From: Pecten maximus
Taxonomy: Eukaryota
DNA: 64,000 bases
NCBI RefSeq assembly: GCF_902652985.1
Contig: NC_047016.1
Location: forward strand, 5,766,001-5,830,000
Direction of reading: 5' to 3'
Below the pieces are notes generated by a model, which saw only the letters and a program-made list of their open reading frames with translations, was not told the origin of the DNA and made no database searches. The position numbers and the translations under genes are program-made. Shown here piece after piece: positions 1 to 10,670 of the stretch; position 1 is the first letter of the stretch; the number at the start of each line of letters is the position of its first letter.

Positions 1-619
1 ATTGGATAAGCTCATCTCCTTATATGACGATAAGCAAGACACAGCGCCGTCTTTACCATAAACGAGATCAATGTGTACTCTTTCAGTACATATGTAGCCC
101 TTTTGTTTTTAAACTCATTACCAACACTTACACCAGAGTACATCCAGGCTAGTTATCCTGTAAAAAAATGATACTGATGACATTCGGCACGGTAGAACAC
201 CTCAATAACACCTGTGAGTGTTAATTACATACCCAAGCACGACGAAGATAGGATGAAGGGCGACGTAGCTGTTTATCTAAACTAGCCTCCTTAATTCAAA
301 TACAAAATGTTACAAATGAAACTCACGTAGAAATATTTCCGTGGCATATAACATACAAAGAAAAGTAGTTTGTTTGCAATTTTAGATACATTATGGAAAG
401 AAACTTAAGCGGTCGACACCGATGGAAAGTAACTATCTTCTAGATGTACTTTCGATGCAAGGTAAAGATCTATTCCGACATGAAACAGGCATTTATATTT
501 GCTAAAAGGTTAATAACATCACTTTTGACCTACAAGAGCTCGACTAACTTCACAGAGAGAATGGTCCGTTAAAGCAAGTGATATCAATGGTCTTAAATAT
601 GAAAAGATAACGTGGCAAT

Positions 620-830
620 GGGTAATAAACAAAGAAAGAATACCGACATAACGGAACCATAATTCCAACTCGAAATTGATCGATCGACGGCAAAATTTAA
701 ATAAACTATAGATTTGCACGGAGATCATTGAAAAAGACAAGGACAATACGACCAGGTGTTCCAGGTGAGTAAACGTCTTCATCGTCGACGCCCGTCATAC
801 AAATCTTGGTCAAACCCAGGTAAAGTCACG
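620..830 (-). mobile_element. Penelope-like element 3'-terminal (pseudo-LTR) fragment, inverted relative to the adjacent copy
   Basis: accaggtgttccaggtgagtaaacgtcttc...gacgcccgtcatacaaatcttggtcaaa matches 57148-57220 directly and 2450-2515 as reverse complement. Boundaries are approximate. Confidence 0.7.
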
Positions 831-899
831 TTAACAAAACGTGAATTATTGAAACGGGTGCTGGATCGATATGTAAATATAAAACTCTACTTCCGTGTG

Positions 900-2560
900 C
901 TTATCTTAACGTCCAATGGTACTGGTAATTAACAAGAAGATGCAGTACATATGCGTTGTTAAAAGAATGTTCTGATTGATTAAACAGTGATAAAAACATG
1001 TGTTTTCTATACTGATGTGTTGCTTAAAATTGGGCAACCACGGGAAAAGCATAACATATTGTGAAATAGACTTGAGAAATACCTCGGTGATATTGGTATT
1101 CTAAGCATCATAATCATCCTTTTAAGCAATGTTTCATTTCTGGTTTGAGTATTAGTTAGCTAAGTTAAATCTTTATGCAAAGTTCTTCTTACTACTGTTC
1201 CTGGTACAAGTTCGGAATTCAGTCGTATAAGGTTACTGTTTAATGCAGAAGTAGACTCAATGGAATTAGGATTTTGAATTTTTTATTTATTTATTTTCTT
1301 TTTTGAAATCTCTTTTATATATCTTTAACATCAGCCCTTAAAACCGTTCTTTTATTACTACTTTGGTATTTTCCCAATCATTACACCACAAATCCTCATT
1401 CCAAAATTAAGGAATAAATTGGTTCCCCTGGGATGAGAGATTTCTTTGTCAAGAATGGCGAACGGATAAAGTACATTGTTGTGAACTATACGAGTGTATA
1501 TTCTGCGAAACATTCGTCTAAGCCCATAGGAAATAAACCGAAGATGAAATGTAAGAATGATTGAATTTCTGATGAACAACATCTGTGCTGAACTTGGTGA
1601 CCAGATTTTCAAACAGAGTATTCGCGTGTCCATGAGAATAAACTTTGTCCCTCTGTTGCTTGACTTGTGTTTGCTTTCATATGAAGCTGATTATATTGAA
1701 GGGCTTATCAAAACAGGTAACAGAGACCATGCAACGTACTTCAATATCACCTATAAAGATATTGACGAAGTGTTATCATAAGATGACAAAACCTTTATTG
1801 ACCATGGCGTATGATCTACCCTGTAGAACTGGAAATCAAGGACTAGATAGTAAACAGCCGCCGCTTGCCTCCTCGATCTTACAACGTACAGGGACAGGTT
1901 ACGACTAACTTGTGTGATAAGCGTAATTATGTCACTATCCCAATTGTTAGGTTTTCATCTCTAGAGTGTAACAGACTTCTTCCCCTGGATTCGACATTCA
2001 AGGTTTGTTCCTATTATCATGATTTCGGCCGTGACAGATGTCGACCTTCTGATAGAAAAAAAAACCAATACAATGTTTCAAGAGATTCAGCGGCGGGAAT
2101 ACAATGTGGCCGTTTATTGTCCACATAATAATCTCATTTGGAAATGTTTTATTTCCTTGTGCGACATCAGAAGTCAGACGTGCTTGATGCTTGTTAGAGT
2201 GCATTGTGGTTATTACCACCATAGATCTCATTTTGGAAATGTGGCTTAACCCGGATTTGACCTAGATTTGTATGGCGGGTGTCATCGATTTGACCTAGAT
2301 TTGTATGAAGGGTGTCATTGATTTGACCTAGATTTGTATGGCGAATGTCATCGATTTGACCTAGATTTGTATGGAGGGTGTCATTGATTTGACCTAGATT
2401 TGTATGGTGGGTGTCATCGATTTGACCTAGATTTGTATGGTGGGTGTCGCTGTGACCTAGATTTGTATGGCGGTTGTCGTCGATGAAGCAGAAGAAACTT
2501 ACTCCTCCGGAATATTTCAGCATGTCGGTGTTCTGTATTAGTTCTGTATCCCCTCTTTAC
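900..2560 (+). mobile_element. Degenerate Penelope-like retroelement (RT and thumb remnant plus 3' terminus), Naiad-like by motif recall
   Basis: Broken frames give YTTNPHSKIKE, then MIEFLMNNICAELGDQIFKQSIRVSMRINFVPLLLDLCLLSYEADYIEGL...FNITYKDIDEVLS (cf. PLE QQxIGIPMGTNCAPLLADLFLYSYE...RYIDD), then TNLCDKRNYVTIPIVRF (cf. KLYDKRDDFNFPIVNF). There are stops and frameshifts, and the catalytic YIDD has decayed. Confidence 0.88.
2255..2482 (+). repeat. 33-bp minisatellite (about 7 copies) inside the Penelope-like terminus
   Basis: Unit atttgacctagatttgtatggcgggtgtcatcg. It explains ORF 2194..2523. Confidence 0.95.
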
Positions 2561-4789
2561 AAATACAGTTCTTGTTGACCTTTCACCTTCCTTCTGCAGG
2601 AACCGCCCTACAATAACCTACATATACGACGGTTCGATATATACAATTCATAAATAACTTTGTCTTGATCTGTTCAGGGGCGATGCCATCATGCAATAGA
2701 ATCCAAGGCCAACGTGTGACAGAGAATCTGAATGTGGCTGGCATTGCAATACTCGCATGAATGCCCAAAGAACACATTCAGGCACAAACGGGCACCAGTT
2801 AATACCAGCACAACAATTTTACAGAAAGATAAGACGCTAAAGACAATGTAAATCAACGTGATGAATCCAAGGCCATCGTGCCAATTTGCACGGTCTGGTA
2901 TATATGATTAATAAATAATACATTCCGGCAAAAAATATCGAACGGCTCTAAACTCAATTCGTTGTAATATAAATGAGCGGTCACTGACGACTGCTACTCG
3001 CTCCGGTCACAGAGTTAATAGTTGATAGTACTACATGGACAGCCTTTCTATTCCATGTTTTGACACACTCACGACAATCAGTCTGGAGATTCTGTTTAAG
3101 AAACGCTGTAGAACAGCTCAAAATTGTCTGTGCGTGCGTTGTGCACATCATGTTGTGTTATGTCTTGTACATGATATGCATGATTTAACTATGAACGTTT
3201 GACTTTGTCTTAAAGAGTTCATTTGCAAATTCTGCAGCTAGCGGCAGTGACCTTGTCCTCGATTCCCGCTCTTTTTCTATAGGCTATCACTATATCAAAT
3301 TAGGCAAGACATGTACAGAACTGATAACAAAACGTCCGTATTCACACTTTGTAAATAATATTGTTCATACAAATATACAGTTGATTTAATCTATGATGCT
3401 GATGATTGTGGGAATGAGAGATTAAATAGCGATAAAGGCAGAGACTGGAAGCGACCTAATGTACCCTGGGAGGGATATTGTTTCACGTAGGAGGTATTAC
3501 GTGTGAGCTGTTCCTTTACATATTCGATAATGTGATCAGAATTCAACATTGATAGTGCGATGGGTTTGGAATGTATGCCTATTTTCGTCATTATCGCAGT
3601 TATATACTGTATACTTAAACATTATTCTATGGATAATGGCAAAATATGTTGATTGCTTTCAAATGGAATCTATCTAATACGTGTTGTTTAGAAACGTTAT
3701 TTTCGAAGTGCAGCAAATATGAAATACCAACTGGCACGTGTATGATACACTGGATAGACGGGTCAGGTGACCGATAACTTCGGCATCCAAGGTTTTCTCT
3801 TGTAATCACTTCGAGGTACATTGAAACATGTTCGTACTTGTCAAACACGGTACACGCGTGTACCACTCCAGATACATGACGAAGGATAGCTACTTTCATT
3901 ACTCGTAGGAGATCATTATGCTCTTTTATACGAAAAGTGTCCTGCTGATGTTGTTACTCAGTCGTGTGAAATTAGGGTTCTGTAGCTATGACAATACTGC
4001 ATAAATATCCAATATCATCAAATATAATAACGGAATGCTAAAGGAGGCCATAGTTATAATATCTATGCCACCTAGTTGATATCGATAAATGACTCGTGTT
4101 TATAAGTAATTGGCAAACAATTTTGTAAGAAAATTTGAGAAAAGTTAACTTTTCGACGAACGTTTGGTTTGTATGGCAACGCACGTGTACGGGTATTAAA
4201 CCGGGTCTTCTGTGTCCAGACACACCTGGAATCAGTCTACAAGGGTTAGCCACACGCTTAACTATGTCTGGTTAACTTACACGCCTTTTGGTGTGTAATG
4301 TAAAACTAAATAATTAAGAGAGCTTTTCGAGAATGTGTCTTGTTTTCTTTTGTTTTTAAACAGTTACGATAATATTATTGTATTAGTGTCTATCTATGTC
4401 ATGCACGTTTTTTTATGTGAAAAATCTCAAATTAGATAGTGTACTGTATATGGTTTAACATAAATATATTTACATTCTGTGTTGCATTTTCCTATATGTC
4501 GTTAGTAAACCAAATTGTATTCATGAGACTGTATACTACAATTTACAGTGATTCGGTCAGTGGAGGAATACAGTTCCAGGTGTTGTAGGTTTAACAATGG
4601 CCGCCAGTTACTTTCGGCCTAGAGAGCTTTCGGATGCTAGCATGTATTAACAGAAGCCACAACAAAAAATAAAGCAATGTCACGGGGAGAGTATACTTTT
4701 ATAATACTAAAAATGTAGTCAACACGAAATTACTATAAGCGCCATTCTTGATCTATACGAAATTATCAAATTGTCAATGTTGTCACATT

Positions 4790-4989
4790 CACAGGGGCTC
4801 GTTTCCAAATTTTCAGAAATGAAAGACACGACAACATTAAAAGTCAAGTACTTATAAACAAAAAATCTTGTAAAAAATATCGGGAGTATCGACATAGTTT
4901 CCGGTTGTGTATGTATATGCCTACTGGATTTTAGTTTTGTGATTATTCACTGATAACAAAGGCCTACCTTACAAAATCGAGCCCCTGTG
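4790..4989. mobile_element. 200-bp MITE-like element
   Basis: Perfect 12-bp inverted termini CACAGGGGCTCG (4790-4801) and CGAGCCCCTGTG (4978-4989). No clear TSD. Confidence 0.55.
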
Positions 4990-5526
4990 TAGTTGAAAAT
5001 CGTCTGCTAAGTTAGCGACACTGATGTGACCGGTTAGACTGGAATCTGTTTCGAACGAAATATCCTTGGAATCGTTTTCACCTACTATCAAGACAACTTT
5101 CATTAAGAATTAAGAGCTGTTATTCTTCTAAAAATAACGTAAATCCAGTCAATACCAGAAACATCAGTGTTTCCGAGGAATCGAGTCTGTCCTGTGCAAT
5201 GCCCGTTCAACGCCGCATCACTTCTAAATGTTAATCGTACATCATTGCGCATAAAAACGGTTTCGATTTTAAACAATCAGAAATTATGTAATTATGAACA
5301 ATTTGACGATACCTACACACGTATATGAAATATAAAATAAAGCCAAATTTGTGCAAAAACCACTTTATGTGTTTGCTATTAATAACGTCATGAGGGACTA
5401 TATCATTTCTTCTGGAAATTTCGCTGTTCCGGTATTTGAACTTGATGACGTCAGTGATAGGGTAAGCGGCAAATTTAAACGCGTCATAACCTACAGTAAA
5501 TAAGAAATCTTTATGAATGTAAATAT

Positions 5527-5690
5527 AAGCATTGAACTGTTACCAAATGGTAGTATACAGTCGATATGAATACAATTTGGATGACAGATAAATATTTCAT
5601 GTCGCCCTAACGGGCGACATTATATTTATCTGTCACCCAAATTGTATTCATATCGACTGTATACTACCATTTGGTAACAGTTCAATGCTT
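5527..5690. mobile_element. Near-perfect 164-bp palindromic (foldback) element
   Basis: Arms of about 80 bp (aagcattgaactgttaccaaatggtagtatacagtcgatatgaatacaatttgg...) recur as reverse complement. The apex is gtcgccc-TAAC-gggcgac. Confidence 0.85.
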
Positions 5691-6399
5691 TAATGAATAG
5701 CCGTTTTACCATGAAACTTTTCATTACAACATCATTTTAATCATTTGAACAAAAACAAGTCTGTAATGTAATATTGAATCGGCAACAAGATAAAAAAAAA
5801 TGTATTTCATGCTGTTTACCTGATTTTTAATCTAAACCACACCCAACTAGTGATACTTTAACTATATATCAAAATAATTCGCAAAAAACTGATATCAAAA
5901 ATAAAATAGACTAGAAGTTATTGGAAAATGTTGAGACAACCAATATCTTCAAACAAAGATGTTTTCGCATCGCAGACAAATATTAATTAATTCTGCGTCG
6001 CAACAGACTCGGACGCCTAATATATCTGACATCTTCCTTGTGGATTTTATCACTAAATCACTGCATTGTCCTCCTAGCGTGTCACACAGTTTACTAAGAA
6101 AACATACAATAGATTGTTAAAACAATGCAATGTATTAGTTTAACTATTATATGAAAGTAATCTAGAGATCTGATGCCTTTTGGTACAAAAATACACCGCT
6201 GTTAGAGATACACGTTATACATCACCACATTATCTGTATAAAGATCAATTCAATCTTGATGATGCGATAATTAAAGAAAACTCTTTGACAGGTTCAACCA
6301 CATCAAATTAATTGTAATAGTAAAAAAAGATAGCAATAGCTTGCTATCATTTGATTTATAGCATTATCTTCAGGTGGCCTATGTGATCAACAGTATATG

Positions 6400-6660
6400 C
6401 CGGTTCTGTGTTCTGAATGATAAATATAGCCCGGTATTGTGGTCTGAACGATTTCTAGGCTGTTCCTGTGATCTGTATGATTTCTAGTCGGGTCCTTTTG
6501 TCTGTATGATTTATAGACTGGTCCGGAGATCTGTATGATTTATAGACTGGTCCGGAGATCTGTATGATTTATAGACTGCATGGTCCGGATATCTGTATGA
6601 ATTAAAGGCCGGTCATGTGGCCTGTATGATTTATAGACTGGTAATTCTGACTATATGATC
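6400..6660. repeat. 29-bp minisatellite, degenerate at the edges
   Basis: Unit atctgtatgatttatagactggtccggag. Confidence 0.85.
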
Positions 6661-8529
6661 AAGGGGAAGGTCCTATATTATATTTCTGTTTTGATCTTGT
6701 ACTTGTATGATTGTCTATGTGGTTGTTATTTTCGCTCAGTCTTTTTTAGCATGTACTTATGTTTTATAGACTGTCCCTGGTCTCCAGATTGTATATGTTT
6801 TTGGAATCGGTTCCAATATGTGTAAGACTCTAATTTGTACTTGATGTAAATCAAACTGTATCTGATGATGAAAGATTAATGCACTAAAATATTGGCAATA
6901 TACTTAGCGGTAACATAGAAATAGTATGATATTGATTTTGGATGTATCAGACGTACTGGGGAAAATCGGACAGGTCATCATTGCTACATCACTAATCAAT
7001 ACCTCACCGATTGTGACGTCATAAGAATTTTACGTACATTTGAACTTTGTTTAGGTTTAAAGCAAATATTACATTTTTTATAGGAAGTGGTTTTAAATGA
7101 GGTCAATCAAATCCTCCCCCTTGGATGATATATCGGAGTAAAGCTGATCTTTTCCTTGTTTTACCCTTTTAAAGCACATTGCGTTGTACCAATACCTGTT
7201 ATAGCGTACATTTCGTCAGTATCAATGTTTACATCCGGGCGTACTGTGTGAACGAGTACATGTAGCTATAACGCCATTATCATGTATTGAAAACTTGAAT
7301 TATATATAATGCATCGTGTGACGGGTAGACACATAGGCCGGTGACAGACATGGTCAAAACAGGACATTCGACTTGAGATCAACTTAAATTACGAATAATG
7401 AATATAAATAGCAGTTTCAAACAACATTCAAAGAAAACTCCATGAGATAAATCAGCGGATTAACGCTGTATTGGTATAACTTCTTAACATTCCAAATGAT
7501 GGTCTGATTTCGCCCTTGACTATTGATCAAGGCTTTAATCCTCAAGAACGTTCCATTTTGTCGGACATAGGATGTACATTGTAATGATGTCATAATGGAC
7601 GGGAAAATGGTTAAGAGGAGTGGCAAGAATATCTGATCATCCGAATAAATAATGTGTGTGCATTTCAAATTTTAATATTGTCGATCAGATTGAATTCGTG
7701 ACTTAATCGTGTGTTCTACCAAACTCCCCTATTCATACTTATTGCATTGATTTGCCTATAGATGACGCTACTTCAAAGCATATATTTCCTTTGATCATAA
7801 AATCCTCTTTCTGAATATAAAAAATACATAAACTGCATATACGTTCAATACGAAGCGAAATGGTTGTTTTTTGTCTTTTTTTCCCCATGTAAGAGCTTTT
7901 CAATACGCTTTTGCAATGCGTATTCACATATACGGATACATTTGAAAATTGCAAAGGCTTTTGTAAAAAAAGTATTCTCACAGAGATTTTCTCACACCCT
8001 GCCGTATATATTTCTGCTGCTTGTTTATACCGCTCAGTCGTGTCCCAACAAAAGCCATTTGTGTCAGAGAGGAAATATCTACCGTGTGAATAAATATAAT
8101 GCACTTTAGTTCGATTTAGATATATGCAAATTTTAAAATTCAGGTAGGCACACTGAAAGGTTTCAAATCATGCGTCAATATTTGCATTTTAATTGAATTT
8201 GATCAAATATGTAAATGCTGGGTTATATACTATCTTGTACAGAATATGTTATGTTGCCTGTAATGTTGATGTTAACACACTGATTAGCGATAAGAACGAA
8301 CTATGACGATCCCTGATAGAATACCAAACTTAGTCCACGTTGTCTACAGATTATATCTAGTGTGAGTGTGTGTGTGTTAGTTTTTTTGTGTGTCTATTTT
8401 TGACAATGAAGTGTATTATTAGTGAATGAATGATAAAGGCGTTGTAGCAAGAACGTCTTGTTTGCATGCAATCATGCCATTAAAAGATCGTACAAAACGA
8501 GGATATAATGGTATATCCTTTTATCACAT

Positions 8530-9000
8530 TGACCCATGTCCTTTGATCGCTGTCGTTTTAACCACTATCCCCTTGATCCCTGATCATTTGAGCCCTGTCC
8601 CTTTGATTAATGCCCTTTTGAATCATGTCCCTTTGACCACTGTTCCTTGGACCCTGTCCCTTTGACCCCTGCATTTGATCCACGTCTCTTTGTTCCATGG
8701 CTCTCTGATCCCTGACCCTTTGTGCCTTGTCTCCTTGATCCCTGTCCCTCTGATCCCTGTCCCATTAACCCCTGTCCCTTTGAGCACTGTCCCTTTGATT
8801 CCTGTCCATTTGTCCCCTGTCCCTTTGACCCCTGTCCAGTTGACCCCTGCCCCATTAACCCGTCCATTTGACCCCTATCTCTTCGAGCCCTGTCTCTTTT
8901 AGCCTTGTCCCATTGATACGTGTCCCTTTGATCCCTGCACCATTGATACCTGTCCCTTTGACGTCAGAACCTTTGACCTCTGTCTATTTGACCCCTGTCG
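8530..9000. repeat. 15-bp degenerate minisatellite
   Basis: Unit approximately ccctgtccctttgat. It explains the VPLIP and GQGS ORFs at 8426-9113. Confidence 0.9.
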
Positions 9001-9834
9001 TGTACTCTACCTACCTTTTCACCACACATCACCCTTTTGGTGTTGATGGATCATTAAGATGTTGTCTATTAATCTATTATTCTTTTGATGTTGGAGAGTT
9101 AACTGTACTCTGACACCACGTCTAGTCAGGCTATACCGGCAATACACAGTGAAAAGGGACGTATGAAACGACCTCACGGAATGCTCTTCAATAGGAAACT
9201 TTATGTTAAAATGAAAACCGGTCATTAATACGAAACGGTGGTTAAAATGTCTTCACCGGAAATAAAGGTGTAAGTCGTGAATATGATTTACTCTAACACC
9301 AAGGCCAAACGAATTTACGAAACAGAAATCTAGCGAGCCATACATTTACATACATGTATATTCTATAACTGGATCACCCAGCAACTTATTAGATTAACTC
9401 ATTGACGCTGTATGTGTCGGCTCATGGTTGTTGTGTTAGGGTGCTTAGGAGGTGATGGGTGTATCACCGCCTACGACAAATAAGCTCTGTTACTGCTTAC
9501 CTCAAGCAAGTAGATTTAAAGAAAAAAAAAACAAAAAAACACGAACATATTACGATTAAATAATGCCTTCGTTTCATTTTCTGTTTTAGTAAAAATTGGT
9601 TTGCAACTGACCTAAGTCAATGATCAGAAATATTTCATCACTTCCTACATAGAGTGACTATTTGTGCATTTCCAAAACAGAGTTCATTAACATTAGCATT
9701 GTTAACGCATTGTTGCAGACACAGCACATGTCTAAGATGGAGCACTAGATCATTAAATTGGGACACTCAAGTTTGTTTTAGTGATTTTTTGAAAATCTGT
9801 AGTTGAGCGTTTTGGATGGGTTCTTCTTTAACAG

Positions 9835-10050
9835 TGGAACCAGGCTAACATCGCAATCCGAACTGTCCAAATGTAATTGTGGTTACACTGTTATTGGAAC
9901 TAGGCTAACATCTAGAACTGTCCTGTCAGTTTGGTTACACTGTTATTGGAACTAGGCTAACATCTAGAACTGTCCTCCTGTCAGTTTGGTTACGATGTTG
10001 TTTGAACCAGACTAACATCGGGCACTATCCACATGTCAGTTTGTTTGAGA
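9835..10050. repeat. 52-bp tandem repeat (about 4 copies)
   Basis: Unit ggaactaggctaacatctagaactgtcctgtcagtttggttacactgttatt, with starts at 9896 and 9948. Confidence 0.85.
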
Positions 10051-10319
10051 ACCTTAGAATGTTTTCACGCCGACAGAACACTGACTATAGTCGGTGGGAC
10101 GAAATCTAGCAACAGACGTAGGCAGTAGACCAGAACCTAATAACCCCCACGACAGGATGATCGTGAGAGGCGATGGGTCCCCATGTACAAGATTTGTGTC
10201 GTGCCTTCTGTTTAGGTTAGGACCGATACTGATCATCTATTGTCCCCGGTGTTATATTTGCTATCTAGTCTTTGCTTTCCTATACTGGTCTTTCTGTTTA
10301 TGACTCATTCGATTATTGT

Positions 10320-10670
10320 CTCCGTTATACATGTCCTAATATGACCTTTACTCTGAAGGCCTACGTGGCACACGTCCTAATCTGACCTTTACTGTTAAGG
10401 AATCAGTGACACATTCTCAACATGGCCCGATTGTTGTTTTCTCGATGACACCTTCCCTATATGACCCTGACTACCTGTTTCTCTGTGACAGTCTCTCAAT
10501 ATGACCCTGACTGTACGTATTTCCGCGACAGTCTCTTCAATATGACTATAACTCTGACTTTATTCGTGACAGTCTTCCCCATGTGACCCTAACTGCCTAT
10601 GTCTCCATGACATCCGTCCCTATATAACCCTGATTGCCTGTGTCTCCATGACATCCGTCCCCATATGACT
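10320..10670. repeat. Degenerate tandem repeat of about 40 bp
   Basis: Recurring atatgaccctga...tctccatgaca pattern. Confidence 0.7.

Noticed and set aside
7400-8110. Cluster of overlapping ORFs of 60-121 aa
   Set aside because: No recognisable motif in any frame and no consistent splice signals.
8426-9113. GQGS-repeat or Pro-rich ORFs as structural proteins
   Set aside because: They are translations of a degenerate 15-bp minisatellite, with stops and frame changes.
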